A stretch of DNA of 32,000 nucleotides from Psychrobacter sp. DM4 (GTDB taxonomy: Bacteria > Pseudomonadota > Gammaproteobacteria > Pseudomonadales > Moraxellaceae). The position numbers and the translations under genes are program-made. Under the pieces are notes generated by a model. That model was given only the letters and a program-made list of their open reading frames with translations, was not told where the DNA came from and ran no database searches. The stretch covers positions 2,430,001 to 2,462,000 of the forward strand of contig NZ_CP195536.1 in the NCBI RefSeq assembly GCF_051307035.1, given 5' to 3'. Below are positions 1-10,826 of the stretch, one piece after another; the stretch's first letter is position 1; each line of letters opens with the position of its first letter.

Positions 1-194
1 TCGGCAGCCTCTTGACTATTAAGGTAGTTGATGCACACGCTAGCACCAGCAGCTGCCATTTGCTGAGCGATTTGTGCACCAAGGCCTCGGCTACTTCCTG
101 TGACTATGACTACTTTATCCATCAGTAATTGAGGTATGATCGTTTGAACAGGCGTATTCGTTTCAGAAAGCATTGTCGCTTGAGTATGAGCCAT
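1..194 (-). CDS. Short-chain dehydrogenase/reductase (SDR, FabG-like) oxidoreductase, N-terminal fragment; the gene continues past the window start
   Basis: My reverse-strand translation is MAHTQATMLSETNTPVQTIIPQLLMDKVVIVTGSSRGLGAQIAQQMAAAGASVCINYLNSQEAA. It contains the classic SDR Rossmann motif TGxxxGxG (TGSSRGLG). The ATG at 194 follows AAGGA at about 8 nt. An alternative start is the ATG at 122 (MDKVVIVTG). It is absent from the ORF track because it is truncated. Confidence 0.75.
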   Translation of the reverse strand, partial: MAHTQATMLSETNTPVQTIIPQLLMDKVVIVTGSSRGLGAQIAQQMAAAGASVCINYLNSQEAA

Positions 195-524
195 GAGGTT
201 ATCCTTTATAATTGAGACAAAAACTAACGGTAGACAAATCTAACGACCGGTTTTGACGAGTTATTAATAGATTTTAGCGATCATAGCATAGTTCCTAGTA
301 CTGTTTTTTGGGAGCAATGCTACCGCTGAACAAAGCGAATTGAGCATTACTGATTTTATCGTTACTCTTTAAATTGTGATACGTTATGACCATAATAGTA
401 TCATTAACTGTATATCTACCTTACTACGCGTCCCATTATTTACTTGTCTGACTTTAGGAGCACTATTTTGACTCGACTCTCTTCTTCAAAAACCAGTACG
501 TCTTTGCAAGCTATTAAACACAAC

Positions 525-1598
525 ATGCCAAAATTAATATTGAGTGCCGCAATCGCTCTTGTGCTTGCCAGCTGTAGCAACTCAGATACTGCCGCCATTG
601 ACGGCGCGCCAAGTAGTGATGTAACTCTCAATCTGTATAATTGGTCTGAGTATATGCCGCAGGAGATATTGGACGGTTTTGAGGCTGAGACCGGCATATC
701 CGTCAATTACACTACATTTGACTCTAATGAAGCTATGTATGCCAAGCTCAAACTACTCGATGACTCAAGTCAATATGATCTTGCTGTGCCTTCGACCTAT
801 TATGTCGAAAAGATGGCTAACGAAGGTCTATTACAAGAGATTGATCAATCAAAACTAAGTAACTTCAACAATTTGGATACTTCATTTACCAATACTAAAG
901 TCGATCCGGACAATAAATATTCTATACCTTATATGTGGGGCAGCACAGGTCTCGCTATCAATGGTGATACTATCGATCCCGATAGTGTCAACAGCTGGAA
1001 CGATCTGTGGAAGCCTGAGTATAAGTCTCAAGTGATGCTGACTAATGATGTGCGTGAAGTCTTCGGTATGGCACTACTGACCCTCGGATACTCTGGTAAC
1101 AGTAGAGATTCTGATGAGATAAAAGCCGCTTACGAGAAGCTCACTACCTTAATGCCGAACGTCAAAACTTTTAATTCTGATGCCACTCGTATGCCGTATA
1201 TCGAAGGTGAAACGGCGCTTGGTATGACTTGGAATGGCGAGGCGGTAATGGCAAACGATGAGGGAATGACAAGCTTGGTCTATAAGTATCCTAGTGAAGG
1301 TGCAATCCTCTGGATGGACAATTTTGTGATTCCAAAGAACGCCAAGCAAGTAGATGCCGCGCATCAATTCATCGATTATTTGCTACGTCCTGAGAATGCC
1401 AAGATCGTCAGTGAAGAGATCGGTTACGCGTCTCCAAATAGTGGTGCTCGCGAACTGATGGATGAAGCCGTTCGCAATAACGCAACTATCTATCCATCCA
1501 AAGAAGTTCTTGCCAAAGCAGAATTCCAAGAAGACGTTGGTGATGATGCTTTGCAAGTGTATCAGCAGTATTGGGATATGCTAAAAACGGGGCGTTAA
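525..1598 (+). CDS. potD: Spermidine/putrescine ABC-transporter periplasmic substrate-binding protein (PotD/PotF family), lipoprotein form
   Basis: It resembles E. coli PotD along its whole length as I recall that sequence (LYNWSEYMPQEILDGFEAETGI..., DLAVPSTYYVEKM, YSIPYMWGSTGLAING, SWNDLWKPEYK, GYSGN, MPNVKTFNSD, YQQYWDMLKTGR). I prefer the ATG at 525, which gives MPKLILSAAIALVLASCSN with a lipobox (LASC). The track start at 444 is a TTG that adds 27 non-signal residues. Confidence 0.9.
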   Translation: MPKLILSAAIALVLASCSNSDTAAIDGAPSSDVTLNLYNWSEYMPQEILDGFEAETGISVNYTTFDSNEAMYAKLKLLDDSSQYDLAVPSTYYVEKMANEGLLQEIDQSKLSNFNNLDTSFTNTKVDPDNKYSIPYMWGSTGLAINGDTIDPDSVNSWNDLWKPEYKSQVMLTNDVREVFGMALLTLGYSGNSRDSDEIKAAYEKLTTLMPNVKTFNSDATRMPYIEGETALGMTWNGEAVMANDEGMTSLVYKYPSEGAILWMDNFVIPKNAKQVDAAHQFIDYLLRPENAKIVSEEIGYASPNSGARELMDEAVRNNATIYPSKEVLAKAEFQEDVGDDALQVYQQYWDMLKTGR

Positions 1599-1626
1599 TC
1601 AATACGCTAATCATTCAATAGCAAAC

Positions 1627-1660
1627 AAAAAAGCGCTATCGCAATCGATAGCGCTTTTTT
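1627..1660. terminator. Bidirectional rho-independent terminator between convergent potD and the FUSC-family gene
   Basis: AAAAAAGCGCTATCG-CAAT-CGATAGCGCTTTTTT. This is a perfect 10-bp stem (1632-1641 / 1646-1655) with a 4-nt loop, an A6 run upstream and a T6 run downstream, so it can terminate on either strand. Confidence 0.7.
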
Positions 1661-1706
1661 GTTGTAGATATTATAGAAAATTACAAAGGTGATGAAAGCC
1701 TGAACG

Positions 1707-2924
1707 TCATAGATGTAAATCAGTCTCACCGCCCTGCTCTTTTATCCTAAGCTGCTCGCGGCGCTGGTATTCGAGACCAGAAGCGGCGTACCACTGCGGC
1801 TTGGTCGTTTGTAATAAGTCACTTAGCTGCTGTAATTGCACTTGCAACGTTTGCGTGAGCCAAAAGTAGCCCTGCCATTCAAACGCCAAGTGCTGAACAC
1901 TTGGATACTCTGATACCGCAATACGCGTAATAGGACGGAACACTTCATCACTTGGACTACGTAGCACTGCTGCTATGTGTTGCATCGCTTGTGTCAGCTC
2001 ATGCTGATAATGCATCAATAAAATATGATTATCATCGTCAATCTCGATACTAGCCAGCGCTAATCGCGGCGCAGCACTTAACAGTAAATCAATCGTGCCA
2101 ATGATATTGCGATGGGTACGCTGAATGGTCTCAAGCGTCTCTTTTTTGATCCCTGATTCGCTCGCTGTTGCGGCGATATGCGGGCGTACTGCGAGCAGTC
2201 GCTTATTGATCTGCTGTAACTCTGCGACCAGTTTTTTATCGACGGGCACGCCTTCATTTGGAAACGTTGCAGCACTTAGACGCTGGACTGTATCATCGAT
2301 ATCGACATCAGTAGATTCAATATGATTGCCCACTCCAGCATAGAGCACGCCGCAGGCGTCTAAATTACTCGCTAACAAAAATCGCCACATCAGGGTAGAC
2401 TTGAGCGGCAAAAGTAAGGTCGCCAAGACCGCAACACCTGTACCAATCAAGATATTGAGTCCTCGATAAACGCCTTCTTCTACAACATTGATCTGACTTA
2501 GATTTGAGACAATCATCAGCATCGTAATGCCTGTTAACAGACCTGTATAGCCCAGTTGTCTCACCGCAAAATAACCAACAACGCCGCTAATAAGTCCAAT
2601 GAGTAGATACTCTACCCAAAGCCATGATCCTGTCACTTGACTAAATAACAATATCCCAAATGCTGCGACAAGACCCAATAACGTGCCGATGACTCGCTCT
2701 TTAGCCTTGGTATAAATCGCACCTTGATACTGGAGCAACCCTAGGATAATAAACACCGTAATCGTCGTCCATTCCCCATGGGGAAAACCACTGAGTTGAT
2801 TGATCAAAAGCGCCAGTACTATAGCTACCCCTAGACGTATGGCATGCAGAACATCAGCATGCTGGTAGCGGGCATAAGACTCAATAAAAGGGGTGACGAC
2901 TCGTTGCCAAACAGTAGGTTTCAC
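1707..2924 (-). CDS. FUSC / aromatic-acid-exporter-like integral membrane protein
   Basis: 405-aa ORF. The N-terminal half contains multiple hydrophobic helices (ALLINQLSGFPHGEWTTITVFIILG, VIGTLLGLVAAFGILLF, LLIGLISGVVGYFAV, ILIGTGVAVLATLLLPL). The C-terminal half is a helical cytoplasmic region. This matches FUSC-type (fusaric acid resistance-like/ArAE) proteins. The family call rests on recognition only. Confidence 0.65.
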   Translation of the reverse strand: MKPTVWQRVVTPFIESYARYQHADVLHAIRLGVAIVLALLINQLSGFPHGEWTTITVFIILGLLQYQGAIYTKAKERVIGTLLGLVAAFGILLFSQVTGSWLWVEYLLIGLISGVVGYFAVRQLGYTGLLTGITMLMIVSNLSQINVVEEGVYRGLNILIGTGVAVLATLLLPLKSTLMWRFLLASNLDACGVLYAGVGNHIESTDVDIDDTVQRLSAATFPNEGVPVDKKLVAELQQINKRLLAVRPHIAATASESGIKKETLETIQRTHRNIIGTIDLLLSAAPRLALASIEIDDDNHILLMHYQHELTQAMQHIAAVLRSPSDEVFRPITRIAVSEYPSVQHLAFEWQGYFWLTQTLQVQLQQLSDLLQTTKPQWYAASGLEYQRREQLRIKEQGGETDLHL

Positions 2925-2999
2925 GCAGATATACTCTTTATTATTGACTATGACGACGGCTTGGTAGCCTCATCTATTATCTATCTTAACTTGACTACC

Positions 3000-3040
3000 A
3001 AAAAATAACGCCCTTTACCTTTGAGAGATAAAAGACGTTA
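3000..3040 (-). terminator. Rho-independent terminator downstream of gltD
   Basis: The minus-strand RNA reads UAACGUCUUUU-(13 nt)-AAAGGGCGUUA followed by U6. The stem is 11 bp including two G-U pairs that exist only on the minus strand, which fits the gltD orientation. Confidence 0.6.
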
Positions 3041-3067
3041 GCAGTATCACTGAAATAAGCTTAAGAC

Positions 3068-4550
<1,483 letters not shown>

Positions 4551-4620
4551 CTAGCCTGCCTAAAACAGGTGCGCGGTAGGTTTACTTTGGTAATGGTGCT
4601 TTTAGACCCTTGACCTACCT

Positions 4621-7600
4621 CTATTGTGGATCTGCCATCGTCGTTTTAAGCAACATGGCTACACTAGCCGCTTTTGGTTTGACGAGATAAAACTTACGGA
4701 CATAATGCTCAAAATCAGCCAGTATCGTCTGACCCCAAGCACTACCTGTCTTATCAACATGGCTCTCAATCACTGTTTGTAGATGGATACGATGACCTTC
4801 AGTTTGCTCACTTGAGATGCGATGAAGATCGATCAATTCATGGTTACAGCGATCGAAAAAGTCACCTTCCATATCGAGCACATAGGCGAATCCACCAGTC
4901 ATACCCGCACCAAAGTTCAGACCAGTTTTGCCGAGAATAGTCATGATGCCGCCTGTCATGTACTCACAGCAATGATCTCCTGTACCTTCAATGACTGCAT
5001 GAGCGCCAGAGTTACGTACACCGAAACGCTCGCCTGCTGTCCCTGCTGCATAGAGCTTACCGCCCGTTGCACCGTATAAGCAAGTGTTGCCTATGATAGC
5101 AGTATCTTGCGCGACGAAACTGGAGTCTTTTGGTGGATAGATAACAATCTCTCCGCCTGTCATGCCTTTGCCAACGTAGTCATTAGCATCGCCTTCGAGC
5201 TCAATATGTAGCCCACCTGCGTTCCATACCCCAAGACTTTGACCTGCTGTACCTGTCAGATGTACTTTGATTGGCATATCATTCATACCAAGATTGCCCC
5301 ATATTTGCGCAATCTCACCTGAAATACGCGCGCCAATAGAACGATCACAGTTGCCAACATAATAGCTATAATCACCGCCAGTTCCCTGACGAATAGCCAA
5401 TAGCATATCCTTGATCATTTGTTCAGCGAGCAAGCCTTTATCGAACGGCTCATTGCGCTCGACCTGACAGGTCTGCGGCATACCGCTACTAGCAGGATGA
5501 CTAAATAACAATGGTGTTAAATCAAGGTGCTGCTGCTTACTAGTATTGCCTTCTAGTACATCAAGCAGATCAGTACGTCCAACCAACTCTTCCATACTAC
5601 GGACGCCAAGTGCCGCCAACCATTCGCGAGTTTCAGTCGCAACAAACTTAAAGAAATTGATCAGCATTTCAGCTTCGCCAATATAGTGCTCATCGCGTAG
5701 CTTTGCCGTTTGCGTAGCAACCCCAGTTGGGCAGTTGTTTAAATGACAAATACGCAGGTACTTACACCCTACTGCGATCATAGGTGTAGTCCCAAAACCG
5801 AAGCTCTCAGCACCTAGTATCGCAGCTTTAACCACATCTAAACCCGTTTTGAGTCCACCATCTGTCTGTACGCGTACTTTATGGCGTAAGCCATTGACCC
5901 GTAGCGACTGCTGAGTTTCAGCAAGACCTAGCTCCCATGGCGACCCTGCATGGTGAATAGAGGATAGCGGTGAGGCCGCCGTACCGCCATCATAACCTGA
6001 AATAGTAATCAAATCTGCATAGGCTTTGGCCACGCCTGTTGCGATTGTACCGACACCTGGGCGTGAGACCAGTTTGACAGAAACCAGCGCATTAGGATTG
6101 ACTTGTTTGAGATCAAATATTAGCTGCGCTAAATCTTCAATAGAGTAGATATCATGATGCGGCGGCGGCGAAATTAGCGTGACTCCTGGCACCGAATAAC
6201 GCAAACGAGCAATGAGAGCGTTGACCTTGCCGCCTGGTAGCTGACCACCCTCACCAGGTTTTGCACCCTGTGCAACCTTTATCTGCATGACTTCAGCAGA
6301 ACGCAAATAAGCAGGCGTTACTCCAAAACGACCAGAGGCGACTTGTTTGATCTTTGAATTACGTAAAGTCCCGTAGCGTACTGAATCCTCACCGCCCTCA
6401 CCTGAGTTTGAGCGACCGCCAATAGTGTTCATTGCCATTGCTATCGACTCGTGGGCTTCAGGCGATAATGCGCCTAATGACATACCGGCAGAGTCAAATC
6501 GCTTAAGTATTAACGCGCTGTCTTCTACCTCATCGACATTGATACTATTGCTAGTATTGAGCTGTAATAAATCACGTAGAGTAGCAACAGGGCGATTATT
6601 AACCAAATCCGCGTATTGGCGGTAATTTTCATAATCACCAGTACGAACGGCAGTATGTAAGCTATTAATCACATCAGGGTTAAAGGCGTGATATTCTTTA
6701 TTAAATACAAACTTGAGCAGACCCCCTTGATCAAGCGGTGCTCGGCGTTTGAAAGCATTGGCTGCTAATTGTGCTTGATCAGCAGCTAAGTCTTCAAAGG
6801 TTGCACCTTTAATACGGCTTTGCACGCCTTTAAAGCACATCGTAACCACTTCTTCAGAGAGTCCAACCGCTTCAAATAACTGCGCGCCGCGATAAGAGAC
6901 GATGGTTGAGATGCCCATTTTTGATAAGATCTTAAGTAGACCTTTATTCAAGCCCTTACGGAAGTTGACTCGCGCTTGTATTGGGTCACCTAATAGCTCA
7001 CCTGTTGCGACCAAATCATCAATTACATCATAAACCAGATACGGATAGACACAAGTAGCACCAAAACCGATAAGCACGGCAATCTGATGTGAGTCGCGGG
7101 CAAGACCCGTCTCAACGATCAGGTTGGCATCAGTACGAATTCCTTGGGCAATTAGGTAATGATGTACTGCCCCTGTGACCATGATAGCATTGGCTGGTAT
7201 TTTGTCCGTATGGATAGCCTTGTCCGATAAGACGATCAGTGTATTGCCAGCGCGGATCTCACGCGCGACTTGTTCACAGATAGCGACAATGGCTTCAGAT
7301 AAGCTCACGTTACGATCATAATTCAAGTCAACACGAACTATCTTGAATGCTGGATCATCTAGATTTTCGAGTTGATACATTTTACTTGCTGAGAGTACGG
7401 GTGAGGACAGTACGATACGGTGCGCGTCCTTAGCTGATGGCGAGAACACATTGGTTTCCGCGCCTAGGCACGTCTGTAACGACATAACGATAGATTCACG
7501 CAAGGGATCAATTGGCGGGTTGGTCACTTGAGCGAACTGCTGACGAAAGAAGTCACCAACATGACGTATTTGTTGTGACAGTACTGCCATTGGCGTATCA

Positions 7601-9084
7601 TCACCCATTGAACCGACAGGCTCTTGCCCATTTTCGGCATTAGGACGAATGATTTCGGTGCGCTCTTCGTTAGTGATGTGATACATCTTTTGTAGTGCTT
7701 TGAGCTCATCACCGCGGCAGACTTTAGCAGCCAACTCTTCTTCTAAGCGCTCATCATCACGAATACGCAATGCCTCTTCGCGCAGCCATTTACGATAAGG
7801 ATGAGCCTTTTTGAGTAAAGTTGCTATGGCTTTGGTGTCTAGTATTTGACCTGTCATCGTATCGATAACTAGCATCTGACCAGGACCGACGCGACCTTTT
7901 GCGAGCACATCTTTGGGGTCATAATCCCAAACGCCAACTTCTGAGGCAACGGTAATATAACCGTTCTTGGTTGTCACCCAACGTGAGGGACGTAGGCCAT
8001 TGCGATCGAGCATACAGACCGCGTAGCGACCATCTTGAATGACCAGTCCTGCGGGCCCATCCCACGCCTCCATATGCTGCGAGTAAAACTCATAGAACGC
8101 GCGCAGATCCATATCCATACTATCGACGTTCTGCCACGCTGGCGGCACCAGAATAGACATTGAATGAAATAGGTTCATACCGCCCGATATTAGTACCTCT
8201 AACATATTGTCAAGGCTAGAGGAATCTGAGCCGGTACTATTTACTAGCGGCGTCAATTCACTTAGATTCGGTAATTTTTCTGATTTTAATTTTGGCGTAC
8301 GCGCTTTAGACCAGTTACGATTGCCCGTGATGGTGTTAAGCTCGCCGTTATGCGCCAAATAACGAAACGGCTGCGCTAAGGGCCAGCGCGGTAAAGTATT
8401 AGTGGAGAAGCGTTGATGAAATACGACGATATGAGACGCCAAACGCGTATCTTGCAAATCTAAAAAGAATGCAGGCAGATCTGATGGCATGACCAGACCT
8501 TTATAAATGATCGTCTGACAATTGAGCGAGCAGACATAAAACAGCTCGTCATCACTCAAGCGCTGCTCAGCCTTTTTGCGAGCAACAAACAATTTACGAT
8601 TAAAGTCATCGCTACTTAAATCTTCAGTCGAACTTACAAATATTTGCTTGAAGTCGGGTAATGTTTCGCGGCCAATCTCACCTACAATGCTCAAGTCAGT
8701 AGGCACATCGCGCCAGCCTGCAACGTAAAGCCCCTGCGCTTGAACCTCTTCACCTAGCACTTGCTGACTGTGTTTTGCTTTAGCTTCATCGAGATTGACG
8801 AACACCATACCGACAGCGAAGTTATCACTAATATCAAACGCTTGCTCGGTGGCAATGCGTTTGAAAAATTCAATCGGTTTGGCGAGCAAAAGACCACAAC
8901 CATCGCCCGTCTTACCGTCAGCTGCGACGCCGCCGCGGTGGGTCATACAGCTTAAACTATGAATAGCCGTTTTGACAAGATCATGACTGGCCTGTCCCTC
9001 AATATGAGCGATCAAACCAAAACCACAGTTATCAGAGAAGTCATCTGGCGTCGCCAAATGCGTATGGGAAGAGATCATCGACAT
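4621..9084 (-). CDS. gltB: Glutamate synthase (NADPH) large subunit
   Basis: The roughly 1487-aa product carries the Ntn amidotransferase motif [13 protein letters not shown], in which Cys becomes the N-terminal nucleophile after propeptide removal. It also has the central FMN/3Fe-4S region and the C-terminal GXGXG beta-helix region. The ATG at 9084 (MSMISSHTH) follows AAGGA at 7 nt. The track start at 9120 lacks an RBS. Confidence 0.95.
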   Translation of the reverse strand: MSMISSHTHLATPDDFSDNCGFGLIAHIEGQASHDLVKTAIHSLSCMTHRGGVAADGKTGDGCGLLLAKPIEFFKRIATEQAFDISDNFAVGMVFVNLDEAKAKHSQQVLGEEVQAQGLYVAGWRDVPTDLSIVGEIGRETLPDFKQIFVSSTEDLSSDDFNRKLFVARKKAEQRLSDDELFYVCSLNCQTIIYKGLVMPSDLPAFFLDLQDTRLASHIVVFHQRFSTNTLPRWPLAQPFRYLAHNGELNTITGNRNWSKARTPKLKSEKLPNLSELTPLVNSTGSDSSSLDNMLEVLISGGMNLFHSMSILVPPAWQNVDSMDMDLRAFYEFYSQHMEAWDGPAGLVIQDGRYAVCMLDRNGLRPSRWVTTKNGYITVASEVGVWDYDPKDVLAKGRVGPGQMLVIDTMTGQILDTKAIATLLKKAHPYRKWLREEALRIRDDERLEEELAAKVCRGDELKALQKMYHITNEERTEIIRPNAENGQEPVGSMGDDTPMAVLSQQIRHVGDFFRQQFAQVTNPPIDPLRESIVMSLQTCLGAETNVFSPSAKDAHRIVLSSPVLSASKMYQLENLDDPAFKIVRVDLNYDRNVSLSEAIVAICEQVAREIRAGNTLIVLSDKAIHTDKIPANAIMVTGAVHHYLIAQGIRTDANLIVETGLARDSHQIAVLIGFGATCVYPYLVYDVIDDLVATGELLGDPIQARVNFRKGLNKGLLKILSKMGISTIVSYRGAQLFEAVGLSEEVVTMCFKGVQSRIKGATFEDLAADQAQLAANAFKRRAPLDQGGLLKFVFNKEYHAFNPDVINSLHTAVRTGDYENYRQYADLVNNRPVATLRDLLQLNTSNSINVDEVEDSALILKRFDSAGMSLGALSPEAHESIAMAMNTIGGRSNSGEGGEDSVRYGTLRNSKIKQVASGRFGVTPAYLRSAEVMQIKVAQGAKPGEGGQLPGGKVNALIARLRYSVPGVTLISPPPHHDIYSIEDLAQLIFDLKQVNPNALVSVKLVSRPGVGTIATGVAKAYADLITISGYDGGTAASPLSSIHHAGSPWELGLAETQQSLRVNGLRHKVRVQTDGGLKTGLDVVKAAILGAESFGFGTTPMIAVGCKYLRICHLNNCPTGVATQTAKLRDEHYIGEAEMLINFFKFVATETREWLAALGVRSMEELVGRTDLLDVLEGNTSKQQHLDLTPLLFSHPASSGMPQTCQVERNEPFDKGLLAEQMIKDMLLAIRQGTGGDYSYYVGNCDRSIGARISGEIAQIWGNLGMNDMPIKVHLTGTAGQSLGVWNAGGLHIELEGDANDYVGKGMTGGEIVIYPPKDSSFVAQDTAIIGNTCLYGATGGKLYAAGTAGERFGVRNSGAHAVIEGTGDHCCEYMTGGIMTILGKTGLNFGAGMTGGFAYVLDMEGDFFDRCNHELIDLHRISSEQTEGHRIHLQTVIESHVDKTGSAWGQTILADFEHYVRKFYLVKPKAASVAMLLKTTMADPQ

Positions 9085-9574
9085 AGCTTGTCCTTTTAAG
9101 TAAGCAGACAGCTCATGCATCCAATGCGGATCATAAGCGGATGCCCGAAGGCCGAACGGGCGGGTAGGTAATATTCTTGTAATCGAATTAAATAATGGCG
9201 TTGCGCATCGTTATATATAAAGGCAAATCTTGTGATATTAGCAAGCAAGCAGTGTGGCTCTTCTTTATGTAAATTGAGTACTGAAAAACAGCTAATAAGA
9301 AATAAGTAGTTAGGTAACTATCCCTAATTATAACTTATCATTGCACTCTACTAGAGGATAACCCCTGACTGATAAGACATAAATATATGGTTTCGTTCAC
9401 ATTTCATGATAAACCTTTCTTTATATGACTATTTTTATCATTCTTTATTTTAGTGAATACATAACTATAAATCTAGTCTTTTTTGCTAAGTCATAACTAG
9501 AGGTTATTAGCAGTCGCTATACGTGTATGTTTTTATATACAAAAATATTGCGGTAGGTACAGTGTTATTACCTA

Positions 9575-10642
9575 CTACCTATCTTGGTTATTCTTTTCTT
9601 CTATCAGTGCTTTGATGCTATCGTCGCTCTTTGCTGGTGCTTTATTATTACTAACAGGCGCCGTTCTAGTATTAGTATCATTATTAGTAGCAGGCGGCGG
9701 CTTAGGCGTTGGTACAACAGGTGGCTTTTTGGGCGCTGTGATCACATTGGGTGATGTAGGCTTTGTACTACTTTGTTCCGTTTTTGGTTTGTCATTGTTA
9801 GTCTGCTCTGTACCCACCGTGCGCTCTTCATCAACAGACAGAGTGGAAGCGGTGTTTTCTACGTCACGAATACTCTCTGTAGGAGTAGTTTTAACCGCAT
9901 CTTGATTGCGGGCAGAACTTATTGGCGCTGGATTGTTATTAGTATTTTGAGTTTGAGTTGGCTGGCGCGGCGGTACTTCGCGTTTTGTACGTTTTAGAGT
10001 GACGGAGCGAGCGCGTTTATTGCTGAGATCCTTGATAGGGCCTGGACGCTCATAATTATCGATGATACTGACATAACGATTGATCTCTTCTGGGAGCACG
10101 CGGACATTGGCGGGTAACTTAAAATCAATAAGTTTGGCAGCGCCTGCAGCTTCTTGCGGACTACTCATGAGCCCATAAGTCAGCATGTAACGCAGCTGAT
10201 CGTCTTCGTCACGGTAGCGAAAGTAGGAGAATTTATCGCGGTCTTTTCGACCCTCTAAGTAGCTGACAATAACATCGTTCTCAGCGACATTCATGACCTG
10301 GACTGTCCATTTGCCTTTATTGGAGAGTAAGTAGCGTTTATCCTTAAACTCTTCAGGATAGCTGCGCAAATCTCGAATAGTTGCATCAAAATTAATAGGC
10401 TGTACGTCGGTGTCAAGCTCGTGCAAAGCTTCGATAGCTAAGGGTTGCTCTAACTCATTAGTTAAGGCCTGCGGTGCAGATATTGGCGCATTTTCGATCT
10501 TTCCTGCCATCGATGGCGTTTGACTAAACATCCAGATTAAAGCAGTAATAACGCCTAATACTAGCGTCATTAGTAACCACATCAGTGCCTGACGACGATA
10601 TGACTGAGTGGCAGGACGAGTCGTTGAGCGTGGTGCTACCAT
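9575..10642 (-). CDS. Membrane-anchored SPOR-like (DamX-like) protein with a long low-complexity C-terminal tail
   Basis: It occupies the slot downstream of aroB that damX-type genes occupy in E. coli and Pseudomonas. It has one TM helix (LMWLLMTLVLGVITALIWMF). The segment WTVQVMNVAENDVIVSYLEGR..FSYFRY...RYMLTYGLMSSPQEAAGAAKLI..LPANVRV follows the SPOR beta-alpha-beta-beta-alpha-beta pattern (compare DamX YTLQLSSS...[27 protein letters not shown]). The last 150 or so aa are T/P/N/K-rich. I prefer the ATG at 10642; the track start at 10705 is a TTG. Confidence 0.6.
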   Translation of the reverse strand: MVAPRSTTRPATQSYRRQALMWLLMTLVLGVITALIWMFSQTPSMAGKIENAPISAPQALTNELEQPLAIEALHELDTDVQPINFDATIRDLRSYPEEFKDKRYLLSNKGKWTVQVMNVAENDVIVSYLEGRKDRDKFSYFRYRDEDDQLRYMLTYGLMSSPQEAAGAAKLIDFKLPANVRVLPEEINRYVSIIDNYERPGPIKDLSNKRARSVTLKRTKREVPPRQPTQTQNTNNNPAPISSARNQDAVKTTPTESIRDVENTASTLSVDEERTVGTEQTNNDKPKTEQSSTKPTSPNVITAPKKPPVVPTPKPPPATNNDTNTRTAPVSNNKAPAKSDDSIKALIEEKNNQDR

Positions 10643-10826
10643 GAATAAACCCTTGGCAAAGTATGAATGAGCAGACTGACTATTGGATGCGGCGCTGTTG
10701 TACAAAACACAATCACATCTGGTCAGTCGTGCTATTACTATTTTACACCATTATGTACTCGAGGTTTGAAAATTATAGACTTTGGAAATTATAGCGTGTG
10801 ACAAGCGTACTCTTAGAGTAACTGGA

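Noticed and set aside
316-348. Composite hairpin AATGCT-..CGCT-GAACAA-AGCG..-AGCATT in the SDR/potD divergent region, considered as a terminator or riboswitch fragment
   Set aside because: No gene ends here, there is no adjacent U-run in the right register, and the stem is short and interrupted. At most it is an operator-like inverted repeat, and I cannot support a specific call.
444-524. N-terminal extensions implied by the ORF-track starts at 444 (potD), 4516 (gltD), 9120 (gltB) and 10705 (SPOR-like gene)
   Set aside because: Three of these are TTG codons without an RBS, and 9120 is an ATG without one. Each is followed by an in-frame ATG with a good RBS and an N-terminus matching homologues (lipoprotein signal, [17 protein letters not shown] before the propeptide Cys, and a TM-proximal start). 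The shorter models are preferred.
4574-4582. GCGGTAGGT / GGTAGGT...ACCTACC hairpin motif recurring just after the stops of gltB (4575-4619) and the SPOR-like gene (9550-9575), with a third GGTAGGT at 9164, considered as a repeated extragenic element
   Set aside because: The shared core is only 7-9 nt. Several chance occurrences of a 7-mer, and many repeated 9-mers, are expected in 64 kb of two-strand sequence. The flanks do not align, so there is no support for a REP-like family.
9351-9407. 18-codon mini-ORF (MKCERNHIFMSYQSGVIL) with an AAAGG RBS in the gltB upstream region, considered as a leader peptide
   Set aside because: It is short, has no regulatory codon bias (no Gln/Glu runs) and no adjacent attenuator structure. 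ORFs of this size are expected by chance in about 500 bp of AT-rich DNA. Similar mini-ORFs in the rplL-rpoB spacer lack any RBS.
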